Positions 1 to 10,540 of a stretch of 64,000 bases of DNA are shown here, piece after piece. The position numbers were made by a program, and so were the translations under genes. Positions within the stretch are counted from its first letter, which is position 1. Each line of letters begins with the position of its first letter. The notes beneath the pieces are model-generated. The model saw only the letters and a list, made by a program, of their open reading frames with translations, ran no database searches and was not told where the DNA came from. The DNA is taken from assembly GCA_964036045.1 (NCBI GenBank), contig OZ038378.1, positions 3,224,001 through 3,288,000 on the forward strand. The letters run 5' to 3'. Origin of the DNA: Eutreptiella sp. 'Long Island Sound 2002'. Lineage: Eukaryota; Protista; Euglenida.

Positions 1-233
1 CAGAGAGACAGTTGTGTGTTCTTGAGGGTGGCGACCAATGCGCTGTTCATGGCTTTTCCAGTTGTGCATGATGTGTGTTATGTGAAGGGAAGGTAGTTTG
101 CAACTTTCTTGAGCCGGGGCAATTTGGGTCACTTAATTCTAAGGGCGTTTCCAAGGGGTGTGCTTGGGGGCTCTTCGGGGGGAACATAGTCTAAAAGTAG
201 CGCGCAGTGCGCGCGCAGTGCAAAGATTCCCCC
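1..233 (+). mobile_element. Right end of Harbinger-like MITE, family A
   Basis: Bases ~10-191 closely match 25948-26128. The copy ends in GCGCAGTGC-GC-GCGCAGTGC-AAAGATTCCCCC, the same terminus as the complete copy at 25418-26182. The left end lies outside the window. Confidence 0.85.
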
Positions 234-1012
234 TATTGCCTCCGGCAAGGCATCTCAAAGAGAGTGCTAGAACACTAGAGTCAAACAAGCAAGCTTACAG
301 TCAACTAATAAGCTAGTCAGTTAGGCAGGCAGTCTATGAGGCAGGCAGGCATGTAGGCAGAAACACCTAGTTTGGTTTTTCTGTTGTTTTCTCTCGGCTA
401 GTGTGCAGACATCTGCAGCACATAAGAAAAAATTATTGGGACAGCACAACAAGCCAGAAATATTTAGCCGTGCATCCCACAATAAATATATTGGCCATTG
501 GAACCTTGATTGTATGCAGCAAGGATGCCAACAGCCGTGCCTGCTGGGAGGTCCTGGAGTTCCAGAAAGGCAGGGTGGCTCCAGCCCATGCGCACAGTTC
601 GCGCATACACCAACTCTTGCTTTGAAGCGGTGCGACCGGTCCAAAGCTAGAAGAAGAGCTGTCCGAAGCTAGTGCAAAAAACTTGGACTGCCTCACCGCC
701 TCCCCCTCGGATGTGTGGACAGGTGCAACAATGGTGTGCATATTCCTGCGTGCTGAATATTTTGAGCGGTAAGCTGGTGCCACTACCCCGCCAACCATTG
801 TTGTGGTTGCTGCATCCTCCTCCAAATCATTAACTGGCCCACACCACTTCACAATGCGGTGAAGCAAACAGAACAAGCCCGAGATAGCATTGCTGGTTAG
901 GGTAGGCCACCAGTGACCGTGGTAGAAGCACCATCCAAAAGAACTAGCCCTGCCTGTCAAAATGAAGGGACCGATTTGACCCAGACAAAGACAGAGAGAA
1001 GGGACCAATTGG

Positions 1013-1402
1013 CAACCATCGGCACTGGCCAAAAAGTCAGCTAATGTCGGCCAGTCGCGAAAATCCCATTTTGTCAGTTGGCTAGTTCGGCGAGCAAGTT
1101 CATCAACGGAACTTGGGGGAACGGTGGCGAAGCTGTGGAGACATGGGGAAAATGGGACTGGGAAAAATTGGAAATTGGTCCCAATTTGTCCCATTTTTGT
1201 CCGATTTTCCTCCCGTTTCCTACCAATTTCACACATTTTTTATACATTTGCCACAAAATATTTATGGCAATTTCCCAAAAGTCCCCATTTCCCCCCATTT
1301 TCCCCCGCTTCCCCCCATTTTGCCACCATTTCCCATTTTCCCCATTTTCCTTCACCTCTGCGGGTAGTCGGCTAATTTGGCTGCGGCTGACACCGATGCC
1401 TG
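1013..1402 (+). mobile_element. Small TIR element (family D) with internal hairpin and CCCATTTT arrays
   Basis: Imperfect TIR (CAACCATCGG / CCGATGCCTG) and internal inverted repeat AAAATGGGAC...GTCCCATTTT. Organisation matches 22797-23197. Possible degenerate 9-bp TSD accaattgg/aacagttgg (7 of 9 identical). Confidence 0.5.
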
Positions 1403-1469
1403 AACAGTTGGACCCAGCCAGTCAAAAGAAAGAAGAAGAAAGTGCCCTCACCTTCCAATCGTCCGCTTT

Positions 1470-4400
1470 TTGTTTGCAGCCCCTTCATGGTATGAAAATA
1501 GAGCTATGTGGGGCCCATGGAAGCCCCCTTGTGGGTCGTGGACAAATCCTATGGCCTACCCCACGGCCGCACATCCGTGGGTTCAATCCACTGCAGCCCA
1601 CGCAAGCGCCGTCAACAGCGCTTGGGGCTGCAGAAATTGCGCTTCTGTGGAGCACTCGCTTGAACAGTGCCCGCATCCATGGCTTTGCTGGCGTTGCGGC
1701 CAATCGGGGCACACGCATCATGTTTGTCGCACGCCGGACAGTGCACTTCACAATATCTGGAATGGCTACTACACAGGGCATTCCTATCCCAATGGGTCAG
1801 ATTATCCACCAACTCCCAAGGCTCCACCAAACTCAGTGTCCAGGTCCACTCCAATACCCCCCCAATCCCACACAGCGGCCCAGCTCCACGCGTCCACCAC
1901 TCCAATACCCCCCCAATCCCACACAACGGCCCAGCTCCACGCGTCCACCACTCCAATACCCCCCCAGTCCCACACAGCGGCCCAGCTCCACGCGTCCACC
2001 ACTCCAATACCCCCCCAATCCCACACAACGGCCCAGCTCCACGCGTCCACCACTCCAATACCCCCCCAGTCCCACACAGCGGCCCAGCTCCACGCGTCCA
2101 CCACTCCAATACCCCCCCCGTCTCACACAGCCGCCCAGTTCCACGCGTCCACCACTCCAATACCCCCCCCGTCTCACACAGCCGCCCAGTTCCACGCGTC
2201 CACCACTCCAATACCCCCCCAGTCCCACACAGCAGCCCAGCTCCACGCGTCCACCACTCCAATACCCCCCCAGTCCCACACAGCGGCCCAGCTCCACGCG
2301 TCCACCACTCCAATAACCCCAGAAATCAGCCTCGAGAACGAGAGCATCGACGGTATGGAGCACATCAACGACTACTTGCTCCGTGTGGCGCCGAACGGCA
2401 GCGGACGGACTGCACCAGGACACCGCACAATGGGTACCGAGTCCACGCTGCCGCAGGCCCCAAGCCTGGCACGGGCAGTGCCCCATGCTGAGCCACCGGC
2501 CCATTCCCAAGCGTCTTCCACGCCCACAACCCCCAATGGATGGACCATGGCCCCTTCCCAAGCGTCCTCGTCATTGATGCCCACGGCCACTGGGGATGGC
2601 TCACGGCTGCCGCATGGGGCACCCAAAATGGCCCAAAGTGAGCGAAACGAGGACAGCGATGAGCAGCTGCTACAGCACAACGCCCTCCCCAACGCCACAA
2701 TACTATACTACACTGGGCGAGGCGGTGTTGCTGAAAACCGAGATCACGGCAGATGGACCACTGCAGAAGCCCAGAGCAAAGCCCCAACGGCCCCCGCATC
2801 CACGGACGCCCCAAGCGCAGCGCCCCTACCTCCAGCTGCATCGGAGGGGCTAAAGCGCAGTTTGGCGCAGTTGGCAGATTCAGTTAGGAGAGCTGTCGGT
2901 GAGCCAATGGATGAAGGCTGTGTTGGAGAGGAAGGCGCCAGCACGCTGCAAGAGGTACGAAATGATGCATCCACCGCCCTCCTGCTTGCGCACCAGGGCG
3001 CTGGAGGCGAAAACCGGCATGCGATGGGGGAGGGGAGTTTTAGCGCACTCAAAGAGTCCATGGCCCAGCTTGGTTTGATGTATCAGCGTGGGTGTATCAC
3101 CAGGGCGGTGTACAATACTCGTCGGGCTGAGCTGGTGGATGAATACTGCGGGATTCCCCTTGATGCAGACGACGATGAGGCAGGGGCAGCGGGTCCGGTC
3201 CAGCCTGTGGAGGAGACTGCAACATCCGGCACCATTCAGTACGTCTTCGCAGGCAATGCCCCAAGCAAGGAGCTGCAACACAACGCAACAGCAAGAGAGA
3301 AGAAGAAAAAAGAGAAAAAGAGCAAAAGAGGCAAAGAAGCGAAAGGGATGCGAAGAACTGAGGTGATGAGGTCCAGCCCAGCCCCCACGGCCCCATCAGC
3401 CTCCAGCTCCTCGGCGGTGCCCACAGCCCCCGAACATGGCCCGCGGCTGTCGCACGGGGCGCCCACACTCGCCCAGACCGTATCAGAGCAGGGCACCACC
3501 GCCGCAAGCTGCACTGGACCGCCCCCGGAGGCCACGGCGGTGCACGGGTCCCAACTGCCACCGACTGCGGCCAGCGCGAACGCAGCAACGTACCAATGCC
3601 CTTTCGACGAGCGCCACAAGTTGCGCGCAGAGGAGGTGGCGTCACATGTGGCGCAGTGCCGGCCTGTCGACGCCAAGCGCTTCTATTTGTGCCCCTTCGA
3701 CCGGGGGCACCGTATACCGGCCGGTACTGTTCCCGGGCATGTCCGCCGGTGTCCAAGCCGGCCCTCTCTAAAAGCCCCCAGGGCCCCACCACCGAAATCA
3801 GCCTCCAGCTCCTCGTTGGTGCCCACAGCCAACGAACATGCCTCACGGCCGTCGCACGGGGCGCCCACAATCGCCCAGGTCAATCAAGAGCAGGACGGCG
3901 ATGAGAAACCGCCGCACAGCGCCCTTTCCATCGACGCAAGCTGCACTCCGCCGGGCGGTGTCGGCGAAACCCGAGATCGGACTCCTGCCGAGGCCCAGAG
4001 CAGGGCTCTGACGGGCCCAGCCCACGACACCCGAAGCAAAGCCCCAGGGCCTAACGTGTACCAATGCCCTTTCGACGAGCGCCACAAGTTGCGTGCAGAG
4101 GAGGTGGCGTCGCATTTGGAGCATTGCCGGCCGGACCAGTCAAGGCCTGCCACGGCCCTGTATTCTTGCCCCTTCGCCCCCTGGGCGCATCATATGCCCG
4201 CGAGAACGATTCCTGGGCACGTCCTCAGGTGTCCGAACCGCCCACAGGTCCGCAAGCGCCAGCCCCAAGCCACACTGGCTACACTGGCTGCACTGGCAAG
4301 GGCTGGCACTGTGATTGCCGACGATGCCTTTTACAAACAATGTGCAAGCTGCCGCTATTGGAATCTCAAGGTGCGGCCCACCTGCCAGCAGTGTGGGGTT

Positions 4401-6803
4401 GCCCTACCTCACCAGCTATCCGGCCATGCTACTCCAGCTCCGGATGCATCGCCCCTGAAAGCAGCGTCCAGCTCCGCATCGGTGACTCCAGTCACGGAGT
4501 ACCCTCGTTTCCAGGATTTGGACTCTGTTATTGCGGTCAAGAGTGAAGTCGCGGAGTACCCCAGTTCCCATGACCTGGACTCTGATATCGCGGAGTACCC
4601 CCATTTCTATGACCTGGACTCTGATATTAAGGTCAAGAGTGAAGCCGCGGAGTATCCCCATTTCTATGACCTGGACTCTGATATTAAGGTCAAGAGTGAA
4701 GTCGCGGAGTATCCCCATTTCTATGACCTGGACTCTGATATTGAGGTCAAGAGTGAAGTCGCGGAGTATCCCCATTTCTATGACCTGGACTCTGATATTA
4801 AGGTCAAGAGTGAAGTCGCGGAGTATCCCCATTTCTATGACCTGGACTCTGATATTGAGGTCAAGAGTGAAGTCGCGGAGTATCCCCATTTCTATGACCT
4901 GGACTCTGATATTGAGGTCAAGAGTGAAGTCGCGGACTCTCCTTTGCACTCCGCTCGGGACAGCCCGGACTCTCCAGACTTTTTTGCCGATTGGGCCCCC
5001 GATTGGGAAGCGGAGGTGCCTGCTCTGCTGCCCCGCCACACGGCCCACAGTGAGGCAGACGGCAGCCCCCACCGTCACGGGGTGCCGGACGAGGACGACG
5101 AGACGCTTCTGCACGAACTTCAGGGGCAATTGGGTGGCGCCCCACCGGAGAGAGTCCGCGTGCGCACGCGGCGTGCGGCCAAATGCCCCCGGGAGTCGGT
5201 TGCCGGTTCCCTTTCCGGCACGGGTAAGGTTTATTACGCCGGGCTTTGCCGGAACGAGCGGGCGGTGGCATCCGCGAAAGGCCCTCAGGCTCCTGCTGCC
5301 ACTGCACTACACGCTCCCTGGGCCGCGTCCGCTCGCAGCACCGCCGGACCGAGGCCGCGCAAGCGGCCCAGAAATCATGTGCAGGCGACCCCCGCTCAAG
5401 GTCGACACCGCCCACGGACCAATGAGGCCCCGGGCAGTGACAACAGGGTCTCTGCGTCTGGCGGCCCTGCGCCCCAGCCGGCCTCGAGGCACAGTTTGAT
5501 TGTGTCGACGTTCCCGGGCTGCGACCCCAACAGCCACTGCCCGGGCGCCATCGTTGTCGAGCAGGTGGAGCGCGGGAGGGTCACGGGCGCGCTGTACGTG
5601 TTCCGGATGCGGCCCGCCGCAGCGGAAGACGAAGCCGTGCTCCTGCAGCACATCACCGACCTGACGGTCTTCCTGCGGAAGGACTTCATCCGGAAAAGGG
5701 ACATATACCAGCGCCTCACGTTTCAGGAGGCGAAGAAGCATGCACGGGATCCGGCCAAATACCAAGGGCTGTTGGACAAGCTCGAGGCACGAGGCAGCCT
5801 GCAGTCGGAAGGGACTGTGTTCGACTTTCTGGGATTTGTTTGTCGCGTCTATCACCACCCACTCCACCGAGAAACGGTCAAAAGAGTTGAGAGAGTGCTG
5901 CGTGACCTGGATCGCCATCATCGCCCATCACGAGCACGGAGCTCTTGCCTTGAAAATGTTGAAGCCGACGACGATTCCGATCACGCGATTCCTCGGCCCA
6001 AGAAGCGTCGCCGCCTTCCACGCAACGAAGCAGCTAACTCAGATACCACGTCTTCGCCACGGCGACCCGGTTTGGCGGGATCTGAGGACGATGTTGGGGG
6101 CTTGGGCACAGCAAGTCCTCCTGCGGCTGTCACAGAGCGTTGGAGGCCCCAAGTGCCAGACAGTACAAGCCTCGATGGCTGCTATTCTTTTGCAGAGGTC
6201 AAGAGTGAAGTCACGGAGTACAGCTTGGTAGGATCCGAGTACAATTTTGGGGGTTTGAGGCATAGGCCTGACGCTGAAAACATCGCATCGGATGATGATT
6301 CCGATCACACGATTTCTCGGCCCAAGAAGCGCTGCGCCCTTCCATGTGATGAAGAAGCGAACTCAGATACCACGTCTCCGCCACGGCGACCCGGTTTGGC
6401 GGTATCCGAGGACAATGTTGGGGGTGTGAGGCACAGTGACGAGGACGTCGAGGTTGATGTGACCATCTGGATCGATGTCAGTTCCTTGGAGGCTGAGGCT
6501 GAGGATAATGATGTGCCTGAGGATGAGAACGGTGGTGGTGGTGGTGGTGGTGATCATCATCTTCATCATCAGTCTGAAGACCCTGATGCTGAGGGGAACG
6601 TGGAGTATGAGCTTTGCGCTGACCTTGCACGACGGGTTGGGTTGGGTTTACGCCCCACCCCACCCCCTCCGAAGCCCGCACCTGCCCCAGCCCCAAAACC
6701 CCATGCACAAAAGGCTCGTTCCAAAACAGGAAATGTGTTTGTGCCTGTGCCTGTGGATCAAGCTGCTGGGGTGTTGCATTCAGGGTTGGCGGTGGACATG
6801 TAG
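1470..6803 (+). CDS. Large multi-zinc-finger, low-complexity protein: 2x CCHC knuckle, 4x CHHC (zf-U11-48K/GTSF1-like), 1x RanBP2-type finger, tandem repeats
   Basis: 5.3-kb stop-free frame. CX2CX4HX4C at 1629-1670 and 1686-1727. CPF-X3/4-H-X9-H-X3-C at 3597-3659, 3690-3752, 4065-4127 and 4167-4232. C-X2-C-X3-N-X6-C-X2-C at 4341-4394. The track start (TTG 1470) lies in a polypyrimidine/AG acceptor (AG 1478-1479). First in-frame ATG is 1506; alternatively a frame-compatible upstream exon 711-768 ends in GTAAG. Confidence 0.85.
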   Translation: MFAAPSWYENRAMWGPWKPPCGSWTNPMAYPTAAHPWVQSTAAHASAVNSAWGCRNCASVEHSLEQCPHPWLCWRCGQSGHTHHVCRTPDSALHNIWNGYYTGHSYPNGSDYPPTPKAPPNSVSRSTPIPPQSHTAAQLHASTTPIPPQSHTTAQLHASTTPIPPQSHTAAQLHASTTPIPPQSHTTAQLHASTTPIPPQSHTAAQLHASTTPIPPPSHTAAQFHASTTPIPPPSHTAAQFHASTTPIPPQSHTAAQLHASTTPIPPQSHTAAQLHASTTPITPEISLENESIDGMEHINDYLLRVAPNGSGRTAPGHRTMGTESTLPQAPSLARAVPHAEPPAHSQASSTPTTPNGWTMAPSQASSSLMPTATGDGSRLPHGAPKMAQSERNEDSDEQLLQHNALPNATILYYTGRGGVAENRDHGRWTTAEAQSKAPTAPASTDAPSAAPLPPAASEGLKRSLAQLADSVRRAVGEPMDEGCVGEEGASTLQEVRNDASTALLLAHQGAGGENRHAMGEGSFSALKESMAQLGLMYQRGCITRAVYNTRRAELVDEYCGIPLDADDDEAGAAGPVQPVEETATSGTIQYVFAGNAPSKELQHNATAREKKKKEKKSKRGKEAKGMRRTEVMRSSPAPTAPSASSSSAVPTAPEHGPRLSHGAPTLAQTVSEQGTTAASCTGPPPEATAVHGSQLPPTAASANAATYQCPFDERHKLRAEEVASHVAQCRPVDAKRFYLCPFDRGHRIPAGTVPGHVRRCPSRPSLKAPRAPPPKSASSSSLVPTANEHASRPSHGAPTIAQVNQEQDGDEKPPHSALSIDASCTPPGGVGETRDRTPAEAQSRALTGPAHDTRSKAPGPNVYQCPFDERHKLRAEEVASHLEHCRPDQSRPATALYSCPFAPWAHHMPARTIPGHVLRCPNRPQVRKRQPQATLATLAALARAGTVIADDAFYKQCASCRYWNLKVRPTCQQCGVALPHQLSGHATPAPDASPLKAASSSASVTPVTEYPRFQDLDSVIAVKSEVAEYPSSHDLDSDIAEYPHFYDLDSDIKVKSEAAEYPHFYDLDSDIKVKSEVAEYPHFYDLDSDIEVKSEVAEYPHFYDLDSDIKVKSEVAEYPHFYDLDSDIEVKSEVAEYPHFYDLDSDIEVKSEVADSPLHSARDSPDSPDFFADWAPDWEAEVPALLPRHTAHSEADGSPHRHGVPDEDDETLLHELQGQLGGAPPERVRVRTRRAAKCPRESVAGSLSGTGKVYYAGLCRNERAVASAKGPQAPAATALHAPWAASARSTAGPRPRKRPRNHVQATPAQGRHRPRTNEAPGSDNRVSASGGPAPQPASRHSLIVSTFPGCDPNSHCPGAIVVEQVERGRVTGALYVFRMRPAAAEDEAVLLQHITDLTVFLRKDFIRKRDIYQRLTFQEAKKHARDPAKYQGLLDKLEARGSLQSEGTVFDFLGFVCRVYHHPLHRETVKRVERVLRDLDRHHRPSRARSSCLENVEADDDSDHAIPRPKKRRRLPRNEAANSDTTSSPRRPGLAGSEDDVGGLGTASPPAAVTERWRPQVPDSTSLDGCYSFAEVKSEVTEYSLVGSEYNFGGLRHRPDAENIASDDDSDHTISRPKKRCALPCDEEANSDTTSPPRRPGLAVSEDNVGGVRHSDEDVEVDVTIWIDVSSLEAEAEDNDVPEDENGGGGGGGDHHLHHQSEDPDAEGNVEYELCADLARRVGLGLRPTPPPPKPAPAPAPKPHAQKARSKTGNVFVPVPVDQAAGVLHSGLAVDM
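1845..2315 (+). repeat. 51-bp coding minisatellite, 9 units plus a partial unit (TTPIPPQSHTAAQLHAS)
   Basis: Read directly from the sequence and the translation. Confidence 0.95.
4494..4935 (+). repeat. 57-bp coding minisatellite, 6 near-perfect plus 2 degenerate units (AEYPHFYDLDSDI[K/E]VKSEV)
   Basis: Read directly from the sequence and the translation. Confidence 0.95.
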
Positions 6804-9800
6804 TCTATGGTGAGCGTTTTGGTTGAGCACCCCTCAGCACTGGCTTGAACTCACTTGGGCGGTGGCAATCCGGCGTCTGCATCGTGTTGGGTGTCCGCCT
6901 GCATTCGTTTGTGAGCACCAACGGATGATGGCCCTGAAACACAATTCCGCATCCCACTTTCCCGCCATATGCCGCATGACGTCTGGGACCTTCCATGAAG
7001 TTTACTGCAGCTGTTTCAGAACACAAAGGTCTGTGGCACCTTCATGTTCAAGGGTATCGAGTCCCTTGTCAGGGAACCCAGCTGGACGAGGGGTGGTGAC
7101 CCTGTCTTCGAGGGGTGGGATTTAACGACAGTGGCAAAACACCAAGGGGAGATCCGTGAAAAACTGCGGACCCTTTTTTTTAGCAGGTATGACGGCGAAG
7201 CTTGGGGCGAAAACTTGGATTTTTTGAGGAGGCTCGAGTATTTGGACGGGAGCCCCGTGAAAATTTACCGCTACGAAGCTGACACACAAGCCCCCCCCCC
7301 CCACCCAGTACATTACATGTCCCATTCCACGCTGTGCTGGTGTCTGTGGGCCATATCTTGAGCCTTACGCTCGTATATCATGGACGCGGGCCTGAATGCA
7401 GTGCGGTAATGCACCTTTCGGCCCGTCTGCCACAGGCAGGGGGCTGTATGTGGATGCATCTTGATTTGAGGGTCCGTTCCTGTCCACTGTACATTTCAGA
7501 GCACTCATGTCCTCTCCTGCACACGTTTGTGCAAGGCAAGCACTCCCCTGGGGAGCTGGTAATTGCACATGGTCCTGTGCCCCAGCACATTAGCTACATA
7601 TTTTCGGACATCTCGAAATTTTAATTCCGGTATTTGGGATGCCATCTTGTCTCCGTTGCATAACTGCAAGAGTCACCGAGCCTCCTTTAGCTCAGGTCGC
7701 ATCAAACTCTTGTTGAAACTGACGGTACCCAAGTACCGGCCCCAACTGCGTTTCATACTGCCCGTAACCGCGCCCCAACCGCTTTTACAGTCCCCTGTAA
7801 ACACTCTCGAGCTATTTACGAATTGCTCCCAATGCTCCCAAAGCCCCTCCCCTTCAAGCAAATCCCTCGGGAGGGGGTCAGGGCAGACACAATGGTGTGC
7901 TACAATTTGGCCTCACATTTCTGGCCTCTTCAGGCAATTCAATGTTTTCCCTCAGTGACGACGTGGGTAGGTTGGCCGAGACCATGAGGGTTCCCCATCA
8001 GCCCCCCAACAACGGGGATGCCGCAAGCGGGCGTCTGCTTGGTGCGTTGTACCCAAGAGGCACTCACCTCATGGCATTCTCCCCACAGCACCTGATTCCG
8101 GGCGAGGATACCACACAACCCGGCTAGGATGGGCCAGGGGTCCATTGCAACTCTGGGGAGGGGGGCCTTTCGAGCTAGCGTGAGATAGAGGGGGTGGCGC
8201 GGGGCTTCGGGTTGTTGAGAAATTTCCCAGTGCCCTGTGGGGATTCTGTCACCGCTGGATGTGGAAACAACTACAGGGTTTCTTGCGCCAAGAGAAATAC
8301 CAACCACATAGTGTCCCAGCCAGACGCATCATCCAGGGACTGACTGAGCTGCTTTCTCGCCGTCAGTGGGTACCGTACCCTCCAAAGATGCTCGGATAGC
8401 CCTCTTGTATTTGATTGGTAAAGGAAAATCATTACACCTGCCCGCTACTACATGGCGCCCGAGTTGCGCTGTTTCTCGCCCTGTTGTAGCACGGTACCAA
8501 TTACGCCTTGCGGCGCGTGCCTTTTTCTCTTTTCTTCGTATATTAACCAGTGAATTGACTGGCTGCTTTCAGCACCATAACATACACAGCATCGCAGCAT
8601 GGTACGAATGGCTGGATACTTGGTCTTGTGACCACATAGCAGAAGCTGGTTGTAAGGACCAATTTCACAATGTGGGTCCAAAACTGGTTGTACAGCATTT
8701 AAAGGACAACACCGAGTGGCTCAAAGGCACACGTAAATGGAGGGCAGCACATCTGTGCTGGTCCATCCATGAAATAGACAAGAGTATGGATCGGGCTGGG
8801 AAAGCCACCGATTACATTTTTTCTGTTGTTACACATACTGATTTGGTGAAGCTCATCGAATTTTCCTTGGTTTGCCATAATTATTGTTACCTGCAGGAAA
8901 GGTTTGGTAGCACCTGTTTGCTATTCCTATGGGAGGCTCATTCAGCGCACAGTCCGCTGACCTCTATTGCATTTGGTCATTTCACTTGCAAAAGGTAAAG
9001 TAAATATGCCTCTTTTCATGTGACACATGTCGGTGTGCATCATGAGTGGTGTGCAGATTGGAACACCGACTGGCTGGTGTTACAGAGCATTGCCACCCTC
9101 CTACCGTCCGGTGGGAGGTGAGGGGAGGGGCGGCCTGTCTGTTTTGTCTCCACCTATATGTATGTGCTACTTACGATCAAGATGTTGCCCTCTCCCTCCC
9201 GCAAAAATGGTCACCTGCACTATCTTCCCACAGACCTTTTGCGAAAAGTGCCTGGGCCGTTTTTCGGCTCTTGACAAGCTTTTTCTCCCTCTTGTGTCTC
9301 TCATGTCTGGCCTATTGTGCTGATCCTGCTTCAACCAACAAACACGTGACGGCTCACACGTCACCATGCGGGGGGGGGGGGGGGGGGCTCGAAAGGCCAG
9401 ACTTTATTTTCTTTCCTTGAAATTGGCTCAGAACAGATTTTTGGGCAAAAAATATGTGTGAACCAGATTTGCCTAAATTTTGTGTTCCATTGTTTTATTG
9501 AACAGTTTTAGACGTCCCGCAATGCTTTTGGTAGGCTCAGCCGTTGGAGCCGAATTAGGTGGGGGGGAGGTCTCTGAAATAGGCTTTAAGGGCCCCCCTC
9601 CCCAGAGTTGCGATGGACTGCGGGCCATGTGACAACCACGCAACCGACAGGACCAGTTTTGTTTGCCTGCATCAGAACTGTGTATTGCGCCGCATCGCTT
9701 GGCGGTGTGATTTGTGCCCCCGCTGTTATGGTGCCCGGGAAAGGGCGCTGCGCTGCGATGGTACTAGGCGCCGTCAGCAATCGCGTGGACCTAAGGCGAT

Positions 9801-10375
9801 GTGACGGAGGCACCCCCTTGTGTACATCGTGCTGATGTTCTCTGACTGTATTGGGGGCAGTTGCAGACGGGAGCGATGGGTCCCGATCCGACTGACAGGA
9901 CCGAATGGGGCTTTGGGGGGGCAACTATGCACGCATGCCCACAGAGGAACGTTGCACAGGAGTTCGGTTTCGCAGTTTTGAATGAAGAAAATGGTTGGCC
10001 TTTTCCTGAAACTCTTGCTTTTAGGGGAAGTCGGGTTTTCGGGGGTTGATAGAGCCCCCGAAAACTGAGGGGGGGGCGCAGGTTCAAGAAAGCTGCTCAG
10101 TTGAAAGGAACATCAGTTATAATGAACTCGGGAGCCAAAGGCACGGAAATCCCCCCCCCTCCCGCCCATTGCGGGAACGACACCCTTGTCAGAACAACAT
10201 TTGGTGTAGTTTCTGCAACTTTTGGAACTGTGCGCTCCGTTGCCCTTTATCAATGCCTCCGCCCCCTCGTCAGAACAACAGTGGGTGCTGTTGCCGTCAC
10301 GTTTTGGCGCTTTCGTGGTGTTCTGGAAAGGGGAAGGGCGAGGGTTGCATGCTGGTGATTTGATGTTATTGGCCA

Positions 10376-10540
10376 TTTTGACCATTTTTGGACCCTGACG
10401 GATTTATTATTCTCGGCTGTTTTGACCATTTTCGGACCCTGACGGATTTCTTATTCTCGGCTGTTTTGACCATTTTTGGACCCTGACCGACTTATCATTT
10501 CTGCCTGTTTCGACCATTTTCGGACCCGACGGATTTATTT
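10376..10540. repeat. 44-bp tandem repeat, about 4 units
   Basis: GACCATTTT(T/C)GGACCC recurs at 10380, 10424, 10468 and 10512. Confidence 0.9.

Noticed and set aside
1078-2316. 412-aa ORF
   Set aside because: It is made of a TIR element plus an alternative frame of the 51-bp repeat, and overlaps the better-supported zinc-finger ORF.
4494-4935. CRISPR-like array (also considered for 1845-2315 and 10376-10540)
   Set aside because: Units are contiguous with no unique spacers and there are no cas genes; these are minisatellites.
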